Positions 28,989-38,693 of a stretch of 64,000 bases of DNA are shown here, in pieces (the stretch's first letter is position 1; each line of letters starts with the position of its first letter). The notes under the pieces were generated by a model. It saw only the letters and a program-made list of their open reading frames with translations, made no database searches and was not told the origin of the DNA. The stretch comes from Elusimicrobiota bacterium (GTDB lineage Bacteria > Elusimicrobiota > Elusimicrobia > UBA1565 > UBA9628). The stretch spans positions 548 through 64,547 of the forward strand of contig DAHVNA010000005.1 in assembly GCA_027319565.1 (NCBI GenBank), in the 5' to 3' direction. The translations under genes and the position numbers were made by a program.

Positions 28989-29468
28989 ATGATTAAAAAT
29001 TGTTCAAAGATTTTAAATTTTTCGCTTGTCGCGGCATTAATGCTTCAGTCCGTCGGCTGTGGAACCATTATGTATCCGCAGCGGAAAGGGCAGAAAGCCG
29101 GAAAAATCGACATAGCGGTTGCCGCTTTAGACGCGGTCGGTCTGTTATTTTTCATTGTTCCCGGTGTCATCGCGTTTGCGGTTGACTTTAACAATGGGAC
29201 GATTTACCTTCCGAAGGGTGGAACGGGCTTATTGAATTTAAACGATTCCCAGAAGGTGAGATTTGATCCACGGGGTAATGCAAAAGCCAACGTTGAAAAA
29301 ATTATTCGGCAAAGAACTGGATTGGATATTGAGCTGGGCGGGCCTGATGTTGAAGCCTTTCATCTCAAGTCCGTTGATGAGTTGCCTGCGCGCTTTACGG
29401 CGGATCGCGAACAACTCTACGGGAAACTAAAGGCAAATAAAATTGAGATCCCCCTCATACTCATATAA
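28989..29468 (+). CDS. Hypothetical lipoprotein
   Basis: Lipobox SVG-C, then CGTIMYP.RKGQ...LFFIVPGVIAFAVDF; AAGGGGG RBS. Confidence 0.75.
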   Translation: MIKNCSKILNFSLVAALMLQSVGCGTIMYPQRKGQKAGKIDIAVAALDAVGLLFFIVPGVIAFAVDFNNGTIYLPKGGTGLLNLNDSQKVRFDPRGNAKANVEKIIRQRTGLDIELGGPDVEAFHLKSVDELPARFTADREQLYGKLKANKIEIPLILI

Positions 29469-29613
29469 CCTAAAGGAAAGACGCCGCATTGATGAAGAGG
29501 GGCTTAAGCGATCGCGCGATAGGGCTTATTACCTTCGATCACATTTAGCATGATTTGATGCGCATTTTTTAATTTATTATTGAGTCCCTGGTTTGGTAGA
29601 ATAAGACAATCCC

Positions 29614-31131
29614 ATGAAACTGACGATCGCTGTTCTTTCTTTATTTACTCCGCTTTCCGCATTCGCACAGACAGTCAACGTCTCAACTCCCGCCGCGCCC
29701 ACTCGTTTTCTGCCCATCGCGATTTCAAGCTCCGCTCAAACCCAAACTCAAATTGTTTCAACTCACACCCTAAACGCATCCCTGGCCTCTCCGGCGATTC
29801 CTAAAATTTCCTCATCTACGGCCAAGGTCCGGACTCCCGCGATATCGTCTTCAACCGCGCAAAAACAGGTTTCCCAACCCGCCCCCATTCCTTTAGATGG
29901 GATCTCCCAGGCAAAAGAAGATTACCAAGAGGGGCTTGCCGATTTCAAAAATGGACAAGACAGCGCCGGACGAGAAAAAATGGCGGACGCCTTTAGCATC
30001 GTCATCTCCCGCTTTCACGACCCCTTGCTTCCGAAAGTTCTCGCGCCCGACTTCGATCGGATGCTGAAAAAAATACGAGTTACCATTACTTCCAATACCG
30101 AGCACATCGCCATCAATCCCAATGATCCGAAAGTTCAAGAGATGATTCAGCTTTATCTGCGCCGCCCCAAAGCGACCGAAGCGGCCCTGAACCGCTCCGG
30201 AATGTACCGGGACATGATTATGGCGGCGCTCAAGAAAAAAGGCCTGCCCCCAGAACTGTTCTATTTGGTCATGGCGGAAAGCGAATTTAAAGACGATGCC
30301 TTAAGCCGCTCGGGCGCCGCGGGCCTATGGCAATTCATGCCGGGCACCGCCGTCAAATACGGACTTAAGGTCAGCTACTGGGAAGATGATCGTTATGTTC
30401 CCGAAAAAGAAACCATGGCCGCCATCCATTATCTTTCGGATCTTCGCCGCTGGTTCGGCGATTGGGCTTTGGCTTTAGCCGCTTATAACCGTGGAGAAGG
30501 CGGCTTGGGTTATGAAATGAAGATGAGCCGCTCTCTTACTTTCGGCACCCTTTCCTCCCGCGGGGCTTTGCCGACCCAAACGAATTTCTACGTTCCTAAA
30601 TTCGAGGCCTGCGTTTTAATTGGAGAAAATCCTGAGAAATATGGTTTTCATCCCCAATATGCCGCTCCAGAATCCTTTGACACCGTCACGATTCCGCACG
30701 CTCTCGATTTGGGAATCGCCGCGCGCTGCGCTCAAACCAGCGAAAGCGTGTTGCGCCAATTAAACCCGGAACTTCGCGCCTGGTGCACACCGGAAGAAAA
30801 GTCCGGCTTTACGCTTAAAATCCCCAAAGGCTCCGCGAAAAATTTTGAGACGGCCTTGGCCCAAGTCAAGGATTGGAATCCCGGGCCGACTATGCTTCGC
30901 TACCGCATCAGAAGAGGCGACATTCTAGGAAAGATTGCGCGCCGATACCACACCACCATTTCAAGCCTCATTAGAATCAACCACATCCGCAGCGTCAGAA
31001 CCCTTAAACCCGGGCACATCATTTTAATTCGGCCGGGAATACGCCGCGTTCATATACGCCGATTGGCGCGCCGCCGACACCGGCAATCTCGCATATCTCG
31101 CTCAAAGAAAAGAAAAAGAGTTCGTGGTTGA
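29614..31131 (+). CDS. MltD-like lytic transglycosylase with LysM domain
   Basis: AESEF, SGAAGLWQFMP, ALAAYNRG SLT motifs; C-terminal YRIRRGDILGKIARRY LysM. Confidence 0.9.
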   Translation: MKLTIAVLSLFTPLSAFAQTVNVSTPAAPTRFLPIAISSSAQTQTQIVSTHTLNASLASPAIPKISSSTAKVRTPAISSSTAQKQVSQPAPIPLDGISQAKEDYQEGLADFKNGQDSAGREKMADAFSIVISRFHDPLLPKVLAPDFDRMLKKIRVTITSNTEHIAINPNDPKVQEMIQLYLRRPKATEAALNRSGMYRDMIMAALKKKGLPPELFYLVMAESEFKDDALSRSGAAGLWQFMPGTAVKYGLKVSYWEDDRYVPEKETMAAIHYLSDLRRWFGDWALALAAYNRGEGGLGYEMKMSRSLTFGTLSSRGALPTQTNFYVPKFEACVLIGENPEKYGFHPQYAAPESFDTVTIPHALDLGIAARCAQTSESVLRQLNPELRAWCTPEEKSGFTLKIPKGSAKNFETALAQVKDWNPGPTMLRYRIRRGDILGKIARRYHTTISSLIRINHIRSVRTLKPGHIILIRPGIRRVHIRRLARRRHRQSRISRSKKRKRVRG

Positions 31132-32018
31132 GACAAGAAACGGAAAATAACGGCAAGCGCGGAAAGAAGGCAAATTTTTTTACTTCCTTTTACCTTCCGC
31201 TTCTTTCCGTTTTTCTTTTCTCCGGATGCACGCATGATTTCTTTTTTCCAACCCACCGCCTCTACCGCCGCCCGGAAACGCTAGGCATCAACTCCGAGTG
31301 GTTTAAATTTCCCTCCAAAGATGGAACCGCCATCACCGGGCTCTTGATGAAAACATCCCAACCAAAAGCCAAGGGAATTTTAATTCAGTTTCACGGCAAT
31401 GGAGAGAACATGACTTCCCATTTCATGTTCTCTTATTGGTTGCCCGCCCAAGGTTATGATGTGTTAATTTTCGATTATCGCGGATACGGAGCCTCCGATG
31501 GGAAACCCTCGGTCAAAGGCGCCATTAAAGACGGAGAAGCGGCCATTGACTATGTTTTAAAGCGCCGGGATTTACCTTCGGCGGTATTTGTCTGGGGGCA
31601 AAGTTTGGGCGGAGCCATCGGCATCGCTTCTCTGGCCCTGGGGCGTTTTCAAAACCCGCGCATCAAGGCCCTCATCATCGAAAACTCTTTTGACTCTTAT
31701 CAGGATATGGCCGAGGCCGTATTGGGCCGCTCCTGGATTACCTGGCTTTTCCGCTGGCCGCTTTCAAGGCTGTTTATCTCCGACCGCTACGCGCCCATGA
31801 ATTACATGCGCCAATTACCGCATATTCCGATTCTGGCGATTGCCTCGACCAAAGATACGATTGTCCCATTTCGACTTGAAAAAAAACTTTTTGAGGAACT
31901 CCCTCAGCCAAAGACCCTGTGGATCGTTTCCGGGGGAGATCATTTGTCGGCCTTTACGCGATTTGGAGATTCTTTCAAGCCTAAACTTCTTGAATTTCTC
32001 AGCGAGCACCGCCATTAA
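31128..32018 (+). CDS. Alpha/beta hydrolase lipoprotein (YfhR-like)
   Basis: Lipobox FSG-C, FHGNGEN, DYRGYG, GQSLGG, D..VP, His in GGDH. Confidence 0.88.
   Translation: MRQETENNGKRGKKANFFTSFYLPLLSVFLFSGCTHDFFFPTHRLYRRPETLGINSEWFKFPSKDGTAITGLLMKTSQPKAKGILIQFHGNGENMTSHFMFSYWLPAQGYDVLIFDYRGYGASDGKPSVKGAIKDGEAAIDYVLKRRDLPSAVFVWGQSLGGAIGIASLALGRFQNPRIKALIIENSFDSYQDMAEAVLGRSWITWLFRWPLSRLFISDRYAPMNYMRQLPHIPILAIASTKDTIVPFRLEKKLFEELPQPKTLWIVSGGDHLSAFTRFGDSFKPKLLEFLSEHRH
31131..31215. repeat. Short degenerate inverted array of ACGGAAAGNA-type units
   Basis: acggaaaata/acggcaagcg/cggaaagaag followed by tacttccttt/taccttccgc/ttctttccgt; same unit as at 56721-56885. Confidence 0.6.
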
Positions 32019-32082
32019 AATCCATAAACCGTCTTGAGAAGAGAACCATATTTAGTAGAATGAGGTATTCCTCTACTCAACG

Positions 32083-34263
32083 ATGAATCTTGATCTTCTC
32101 AACCCCGAACAAGCGCGCGCGGTTCTTCACAAAGAAGGACCGCTCTTGGTTCTGGCCGCGGCGGGAACCGGAAAAACGCGGGTCATCACTTACCGGATCG
32201 CCAAACTTATCGAAGAAGGCGTTCCCCCCGAAAGAATCCTGGCCGTCACTTTCACCAATAAAGCCGCCGAGGAAATGCGCCAAAGAATTGAGTCTCTGTC
32301 TCCCGGAAAAGGCAGCGCGGTCTGGGTTTTCACTTTCCACGGCTTCTGCGCGAAGCTTTTGCGCCAGCACTATGAGTTAGCCAAACTCAGCCGTCATTTC
32401 ACGATTTACGATCAATCCGACCAAAAAAGACTGATCACCGAAGCGATGAAGGAACTCGGTCTCGATAGAGAAACCGCGAAGGCCTCGATGTATACCGGAA
32501 TTATCTCGCGCGCCAAAGACGATCTTTTAGACGCCGAGTCCTACGCGATCTATGCCGAAACGACCGTTGACTCTTCCAGAAAAACCGCCGCGAGAATTTA
32601 CAGCGTCTATCAAAAGAAGCTGGAAAACGCGGGAGGAGTCGATTTCGGAGATCTCTTGCTTAAAGTTTGCTCTCTTTTAAAGGAACACCCCTCTATTCGC
32701 GAATACTATCAAGATTATTTCCGGCATATTCTCGTAGACGAATACCAAGACACCAATCACGCCCAATACATCATCACCAAAACCCTGGCCTCCAAACATA
32801 AAAATCTGTGCGTGGTCGGAGACGACGATCAAAGCGTTTATTCTTGGCGCGGCGCCGATATCCGAAACATCTTGGAATTTGAGCGCGATTTTAAAGACAC
32901 CGGAGTCGTCACTCTCGAACAAAATTATCGTTCGACCAAGCCGATTCTCGACGCCGCGGGACGGGTCATCCGCAACAACGGAAAGCGCAAAGCCAAAACC
33001 TTATGGACAAAAAAAGAAGGCGGCAACGCCATCCATGTCCAAGAGTTGATGGATGAAAGAGAAGAGGCTTCCTGGGTAGTCCGTAGAATCGAAGGGGAAA
33101 AAAGAGGAGGGCGTTCTCTTTCCGATTTCGCGATTTTTTACCGCACCAACGCGCAAAGCCGTTCTTTTGAAGAGGCCTTGCGCCGCGCCGGAATCAATTA
33201 TCGATTGATCGGGGCGATGCGCTTCTATCAAAGACAAGAAATCAAAGACGCCTTGGCTTACGCGCGCGTGATTTTAAATCCGAGAGATGAAATTAGCCTG
33301 ATGCGAATCGTCAACACCCCGCCACGGGGTATCGGAAAAACCAGCCTTGAAAGAATCAAGGCTTTTGCGAATTCTAAAAATTTAAGCGGTTTGGACGCCT
33401 TTAAGGCGGCCTCGGAAATAGAAAATTTGACGCCTTCTTGCCGCAAATCCTTAGCGGATATGACTTCCTTTATTGACAGAATTCAAACCGATTTGCCGTC
33501 TTTGTCGGCCGGGCTTGCAATGGCGCGCATTTTAGAAGAATCCCGCTATTTTTCTTGGCTGGAACAAGAAAGCGAAACCGATCTCGACGCGGCTTCTCGT
33601 CTCGCCAACGTCCAAGAACTTTTAAACTCGGTCAAGGAATACGAAGAAAGAAGGCAGGCCTCCGGTTCTCCTTTAAGCCTTAGCCAGTATCTCGAAGAAA
33701 TCTCTCTTCAAACCGACAGCTTGGATGCGCCGGGGGGCGAGGATTCGATAACCCTGATGACCATTCACCTCGCCAAGGGCCTTGAGTTTCCAGTGGTTTT
33801 CCTGACCGGTCTTGAGGAAGGGTTATTTCCAATCGGCTCGAATAATTCTTCCCAGGAGGAATTGGAAGAAGAAAGGCGCCTCTGCTATGTCGGAATGACG
33901 CGGGCAAAGGAAATGTTGTATTTGACTCATGCCTCGACTCGGCGCGTTTTCGGACAAACCTATTCCAATATCCCTTCCCGCTTTATCATGGAGTCTCAGG
34001 TTGAAAGCGAATGTTCGCCCTCTTCCAAAAGACTGCCCGCTCAACCCGCGATGACGGGCTCCTCTCTTCAGCCGCCAAACTCCTACGCCCAAAGAATGGG
34101 GGCAGCGCTAAGAGTCGGCTCTCGAGTTCGGCACCCGCTTTTTGGAACGGGAGAAGTGCTGGAAAAATCCGGCAGCGGAGAAGGCGCCAAAGCCCTCATC
34201 CGCTTTCAAAATGGAAGAATCGCCAAACTTGTTTTGCGCTACGCCCCCTTGGAGGTTATTTGA
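32083..34263 (+). CDS. pcrA: ATP-dependent DNA helicase PcrA/UvrD
   Basis: AAAGTGKTR, VDEYQDTN, GDDDQSVYSWRGA, YRTNAQSR, TIHLAKGLEF, EERRLCYVGMTRA. Confidence 0.97.
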   Translation: MNLDLLNPEQARAVLHKEGPLLVLAAAGTGKTRVITYRIAKLIEEGVPPERILAVTFTNKAAEEMRQRIESLSPGKGSAVWVFTFHGFCAKLLRQHYELAKLSRHFTIYDQSDQKRLITEAMKELGLDRETAKASMYTGIISRAKDDLLDAESYAIYAETTVDSSRKTAARIYSVYQKKLENAGGVDFGDLLLKVCSLLKEHPSIREYYQDYFRHILVDEYQDTNHAQYIITKTLASKHKNLCVVGDDDQSVYSWRGADIRNILEFERDFKDTGVVTLEQNYRSTKPILDAAGRVIRNNGKRKAKTLWTKKEGGNAIHVQELMDEREEASWVVRRIEGEKRGGRSLSDFAIFYRTNAQSRSFEEALRRAGINYRLIGAMRFYQRQEIKDALAYARVILNPRDEISLMRIVNTPPRGIGKTSLERIKAFANSKNLSGLDAFKAASEIENLTPSCRKSLADMTSFIDRIQTDLPSLSAGLAMARILEESRYFSWLEQESETDLDAASRLANVQELLNSVKEYEERRQASGSPLSLSQYLEEISLQTDSLDAPGGEDSITLMTIHLAKGLEFPVVFLTGLEEGLFPIGSNNSSQEELEEERRLCYVGMTRAKEMLYLTHASTRRVFGQTYSNIPSRFIMESQVESECSPSSKRLPAQPAMTGSSLQPPNSYAQRMGAALRVGSRVRHPLFGTGEVLEKSGSGEGAKALIRFQNGRIAKLVLRYAPLEVI

Positions 34264-34562
34264 TGGAAAAATCTTCTCCGATTACGAAAGAAGACGTGCT
34301 TAAAATCGCGACCTTGGCTAAATTGTCTTTGTCCGCCGATGAAGTTTCCCTCTACCAATCGCAATTCGTCAAAATCTTGGACTCGATCGCGGAATTGTCC
34401 CGCTTAAATGTGGAAAACGTGCCCCCGACCTCTTCAGTCCTGGGTATCAAAAACGCCTTGCGCGAGGATCAAGCGTCTCCTTTTGATAACATGAACGCCC
34501 TCATTGATAACGCGCCGGAAAAAGACGGCCCTTATTTCAAAGTTCCTAAAATAATCGAATGA
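34263..34562 (+). CDS. gatC: Asp/Glu-tRNA amidotransferase subunit C
   Basis: ITKEDVLKIATLAKL, LRED, YFKVPKII; GGAGG RBS before ATG at 34263. Confidence 0.93.
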   Translation: MEKSSPITKEDVLKIATLAKLSLSADEVSLYQSQFVKILDSIAELSRLNVENVPPTSSVLGIKNALREDQASPFDNMNALIDNAPEKDGPYFKVPKIIE

Positions 34563-36022
34563 ACCATTTAACTTCGCTCTCAGCCGCTCAAATCGCAAAA
34601 AACGTCTCGGATGGAAGTTTGAAGGCCGAAGAAGTCGCCGCAGCTCACTTAAGCCGCATTAAATCCGAAGACTCCAAGGTCAAGGCCTTTATCACGGTCT
34701 TAGAAGAACACGCGCTTAAGGTTGCCCGCCAAATTGACTCAAAAAGGGCTCAAGGGAAAAAGCTCGGCAAATTAGCCGGGGTTCCAATCGCCATCAAAGA
34801 CAATATTTTAGTCAAAGGCGTTGAAACCACCTGCGCCTCTAAAATTCTCAAGGGCTTTATGGCCCCTTACGACGCGAGTATCATCGCGAAACTCAAAGAA
34901 GAAGACGCCGTCATTATTGGAAAAACCAATCTCGATGAATTTGCGATGGGCTCATCGAACGAAAATTCCGCTTTCTTTAAGACTAAAAATCCCTGGAATT
35001 TAGACGCCGTCCCCGGGGGCTCTTCGGGAGGCTCGGCCGCCGCGGTCGCGGCCAAAATGGCGCCTTTATCCTTGGGCTCGGACACCGGAGGTTCTATCAG
35101 GCAACCCGCCGCTTTTTGCGGCTTAGTGGGTCTTAAGCCGACCTACGGACAGGTCTCCCGCTATGGCCTTATCGCCTTTGCCTCGTCTCTTGACCAAATC
35201 GGCCCCATGGCCCGAAGCGTCGAGGACGCCGCGCTTTTATTATCCTCTATCGCGGGACACGATTTAAAGGATTCGACATCGTCTCCACAAGCCGCCACCC
35301 ATTTTTCGGGAGCGCCGCTTGAAAGCGCCTGCGGCCTTAGAATCGGAATGCCGCGAGAATATTTCGCCGAGGGCCTTGACCCCGAAATCCGGAAATCCGT
35401 TTGGAACGCCGTCAATTTCCTAAAAACCATCGGCGCTGAAGTCAAAGACGTCTCTCTGCCGCATACCGCTTACGCCGTCGCGACGTATTACATCATCGCG
35501 CCATCCGAAGCCGCCTCCAATCTGGCTCGCTTTGACGGAGTCCGCTATGGACACCGCGCGCAGGACGCGAGAAGCCTTTCGGAACTCTACGAAAAAACCC
35601 GCGGGGAAGGTTTTGGCCCCGAGGTTAAAAGGCGAATCATGCTGGGCACCTACGCCCTAAGCTCGGGCTATTACGACGCCTATTATAACCAAGCGCAAAA
35701 AGCTCGGACTCTGATCGCGCAAGATTTTGAAAACGTTTTTAAGGAAGTCGATTTTCTAGCCACCCCCACCACTCCAACGGCCGCCTTTAAATTCGGCGAA
35801 AAATCATCCGACCCGGTGGCGATGTATCTATCGGATATCTTTACGATACCTTCTAATCTCGCCGGAAACGCCAGCCTCTCTGTTCCCTGCGGGCTAACCA
35901 AAGACCATTTGCCTATCGGGCTCCAGCTAATCGCTCCGGCCTTCCAAGACGAAAAATTATTGGCGCTCGCGGCCACCGTGGAAAAGGCCGTCAATTTCCC
36001 GCAGATCGCTGGGATTGGATGA
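34559..36022 (+). CDS. gatA: Asp/Glu-tRNA amidotransferase subunit A
   Basis: Amidase signature GGSSGGSAAAV, GSDTGGSIRQPA, RFDGVRYG. Confidence 0.98.
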   Translation: MNHLTSLSAAQIAKNVSDGSLKAEEVAAAHLSRIKSEDSKVKAFITVLEEHALKVARQIDSKRAQGKKLGKLAGVPIAIKDNILVKGVETTCASKILKGFMAPYDASIIAKLKEEDAVIIGKTNLDEFAMGSSNENSAFFKTKNPWNLDAVPGGSSGGSAAAVAAKMAPLSLGSDTGGSIRQPAAFCGLVGLKPTYGQVSRYGLIAFASSLDQIGPMARSVEDAALLLSSIAGHDLKDSTSSPQAATHFSGAPLESACGLRIGMPREYFAEGLDPEIRKSVWNAVNFLKTIGAEVKDVSLPHTAYAVATYYIIAPSEAASNLARFDGVRYGHRAQDARSLSELYEKTRGEGFGPEVKRRIMLGTYALSSGYYDAYYNQAQKARTLIAQDFENVFKEVDFLATPTTPTAAFKFGEKSSDPVAMYLSDIFTIPSNLAGNASLSVPCGLTKDHLPIGLQLIAPAFQDEKLLALAATVEKAVNFPQIAGIG

Positions 36023-36101
36023 AAACGGACTGATGGAAGCGCCAAAGCAATCACAATGGAAGCAACCGCTGAAATCCAAACCTGGAGAGGCTACAATAAA
36101 T

Positions 36102-37196
36102 ATGCCGCTAACGCGTAGGGCCTCTCATATGATGCAGCCCTGTTTGTTCGAGGACAATTCGCCTCCTTGCATGCCATCAGTGCAGTTTCTTGGCAATAAG
36201 GAAAAATTATTGCCTTGGATTTTTAGTTTTGTGCCAACCTCGACTTTACAAAAACCCTTGCGTTTTCTTGATGGTTTTTCCGGTTCAGCCGCAGTGTCAT
36301 ATGAAGCCAAGCGCAGAGGGTTTCAAGTCACCAGCAATGATCTATTGCAATCGTGTTGGCAGTCAGCGGCGGGCTTAATAGAAAACGGGACAAATACGCT
36401 CTCACAGGCGGAAGCGGAGCGTTTATTCGAGCATTCCACCCAGGCAAGCGACATGATGAGACGGCTATTTGCCGGGCGATTTTTTACGGAATCCGAGGCA
36501 GGATTGCTGGATTCCTTCCGAGCCAACATAGAAATATTGCCAACAGCTAAACAATCGCTCGCGATGGCGGTGATGAATCGCGCCTTGACGCGAAAAATTT
36601 TGATGGGACATTTTGCCCATTGCCAAGCGTTGACTTACGCCGCCAATCCCGCTCGAATTCGGCGGAATCCTAGTATTGCTAAACCTATTCAACAATTATT
36701 CTTTGATCTATTGCCGGAATTTAACCAAGCTGTATTTGATAACGGTCTAGCGCATCACGCCTATAACTTGGAGTTGCTGGAGTTATTGCATGATGAAGTG
36801 GATTTCCATGTGGCATATTTTGATCCTCCATACTGCATGAGTCATGGCGATTACCAATCGTTTTACCATCTACTAGAGACCTATTCCCGCCGCTGGATGG
36901 ACAAAGAATTTATTGGGGGCACTAATCGATACTGGCCTCCCCTAGACACTGGTTTTGACAAAAAAGCGACAGTGATTGACTCTTTCAATAGGCTGTTCAA
37001 ATTGGCGGCTCCAATCCCACTATGGCTAATCTCATATAACGACCGGAGCTATCCTAATGTGGAAATGTTTCACGACCTGTTGTCGGCAACCGGACGAACA
37101 ATAGAAGTGCATCGTTATCAATACCAAAACAGCCGTGGCGGAAAAGGTTCGGTTAAGGGATCTCACGAAATTTTGTTTTTGGCACGCAATGAATAA
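36102..37196 (+). CDS. DNA adenine (N6) methyltransferase, D12 / FokI-NlaIII-like class (start uncertain, 36015-36171)
   Basis: FLGNKEKLL, DGFSGSAAV (motif I), SND, YFDPPY (motif IV), ISYN. Confidence 0.9.
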   Translation: MPLTRRASHMMQPCLFEDNSPPCMPSVQFLGNKEKLLPWIFSFVPTSTLQKPLRFLDGFSGSAAVSYEAKRRGFQVTSNDLLQSCWQSAAGLIENGTNTLSQAEAERLFEHSTQASDMMRRLFAGRFFTESEAGLLDSFRANIEILPTAKQSLAMAVMNRALTRKILMGHFAHCQALTYAANPARIRRNPSIAKPIQQLFFDLLPEFNQAVFDNGLAHHAYNLELLELLHDEVDFHVAYFDPPYCMSHGDYQSFYHLLETYSRRWMDKEFIGGTNRYWPPLDTGFDKKATVIDSFNRLFKLAAPIPLWLISYNDRSYPNVEMFHDLLSATGRTIEVHRYQYQNSRGGKGSVKGSHEILFLARNE

Positions 37197-38274
37197 ATTC
37201 AAGCATTGGTTAAAATGTTACGAAACGGATGATTTATTGCCGTTTACCGATAACGCCGACGCGTTGCTTTGGTTAAAACTCAAATCCATTGCGCGAAGAG
37301 AATACCTGAATGGATTCTTGCTTCATAGTGGGATAAAATTAAAATCGGGCACATTGAAAGAACAATGGCGAGAGCTGTTTGTTTCATTACATCAGCGGCA
37401 TGATGCGCATTCGTTGCTGGATGCTTTTATTCGCGATCAAGATCGCCGTATAGCATTGGCTTTGCCGGTTCAACAACTAGTTTCCGAACTTTACAAAATG
37501 CGTTCCTTTGACTGGGGCGGAAACTATCAGAATAATTTAGACCGTTTCCTGGTGGATCGCTATATTAAAAATATTCCGTCGTTTGATATTCTTTCGTCCA
37601 AAATAAAAACGGAAATCGCGGCGAGCGTTTCCGGTTATGTGTTGTGCTCATGGTATAATCACTGGTCATCCATTTTAATCGAGCACTTGTTCAAGCAACA
37701 CCCAAAAGTCTTACCAACGATCGGCATGATAAAAAAAGTTGATTTTTTTATTGATCAAATACCATTCGATCTAAAGGTGACTTATCTGCCGCAAGGCTAC
37801 ATCGCAGAGCAACGCAAGGCGATGGGACTAAAGCCTGAGCTAACGGAGCTAAAAGAATATGCACGAACTGAAAACATATCTTTCGATAAAACCGTCGACG
37901 ATGCGACGCAAACATATGAGATTACACAAAAATTGCTTGATATGGGCAGTCCTAATGCGGACCAGGTTCAGCGCATCAGGACTCGCATTCTAAAAGATGC
38001 CATAAAATCGCCAAAACTCTTGGCGCGTTGGCTCTATGAGAATCAAGGCGAGCGCCGATTTGACGCTTCAAATCGCGTTTTTCTAGTTATGGTGGACACC
38101 ACGGATTGGGATGCAAGCTGGAAATTAAAGCGGAATTTAGATGCGCTCAAGCCATCAATTGAAGGCTGGATTAATTCGTTTGACCGCAAGAAATTAGAAC
38201 GTTTGAAGCTAGAGTTTATTTTCGCGGGAAAATCATACCGGTGTTTTTCTGACGTCATTTTTATTGTGCGATGA
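37189..38274 (+). CDS. Probable cognate type II restriction endonuclease (PD-(D/E)XK-like)
   Basis: Start overlaps the MTase stop (ATGAATAA); VDFFIDQIPFDLKVT resembles a D...(D/E)xK catalytic motif; codon style differs from the host. Confidence 0.6.
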   Translation: MNKFKHWLKCYETDDLLPFTDNADALLWLKLKSIARREYLNGFLLHSGIKLKSGTLKEQWRELFVSLHQRHDAHSLLDAFIRDQDRRIALALPVQQLVSELYKMRSFDWGGNYQNNLDRFLVDRYIKNIPSFDILSSKIKTEIAASVSGYVLCSWYNHWSSILIEHLFKQHPKVLPTIGMIKKVDFFIDQIPFDLKVTYLPQGYIAEQRKAMGLKPELTELKEYARTENISFDKTVDDATQTYEITQKLLDMGSPNADQVQRIRTRILKDAIKSPKLLARWLYENQGERRFDASNRVFLVMVDTTDWDASWKLKRNLDALKPSIEGWINSFDRKKLERLKLEFIFAGKSYRCFSDVIFIVR

Positions 38275-38291
38275 TGCTAAGATGATGCTAA
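38270..38291 (+). repeat. 11-bp tandem duplication at the right junction of the R-M cassette
   Basis: GATGATGCTAA occurs twice, immediately before the NUDIX ATG. Confidence 0.8.
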
Positions 38292-38693
38292 ATGGATAAA
38301 GAAAAATCCGCGGGAGGCATTCTCAGTAAAAATGGCAAGCTTATGCTGGTCCGCGTCAAGAATCTCATGGGGCAAAAAGTTTGGACTTTTCCAAAAGGAC
38401 ATATCGAAAAGAACGAAACTCCTAAAAAAGCCGCTCTTAGAGAGGTTTGGGAAGAGACCGGATGGGAATGCAAAATTATACGCCCCCTTTTTCTCGCCCG
38501 CTATCGTTTTAAAAGAAACGACAAGCCGGTCTCTAAAACCGTACGCTGGTATCTCATGGAACCGTTTTTAAAATCAGGGCGCCCAATGGCGGGGGAAATT
38601 CTCTCGGCCCAATGGCTCAGCCCCAAAATCGCCGGGAAAAGGCTCAAATATAAATCAGACCTTAGACTTTTAGACCTCTGGAAAAAACTATGA
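38292..38693 (+). CDS. NUDIX hydrolase (Ap4A hydrolase-like)
   Basis: SAGG, WTFPKGHIE.NET...AALREVWEETG Nudix box. Confidence 0.9.
   Translation: MDKEKSAGGILSKNGKLMLVRVKNLMGQKVWTFPKGHIEKNETPKKAALREVWEETGWECKIIRPLFLARYRFKRNDKPVSKTVRWYLMEPFLKSGRPMAGEILSAQWLSPKIAGKRLKYKSDLRLLDLWKKL

Noticed and set aside
36023..38291. Prophage or integrative element
   Set aside because: No integrase, transposase, tRNA or long att repeats are visible
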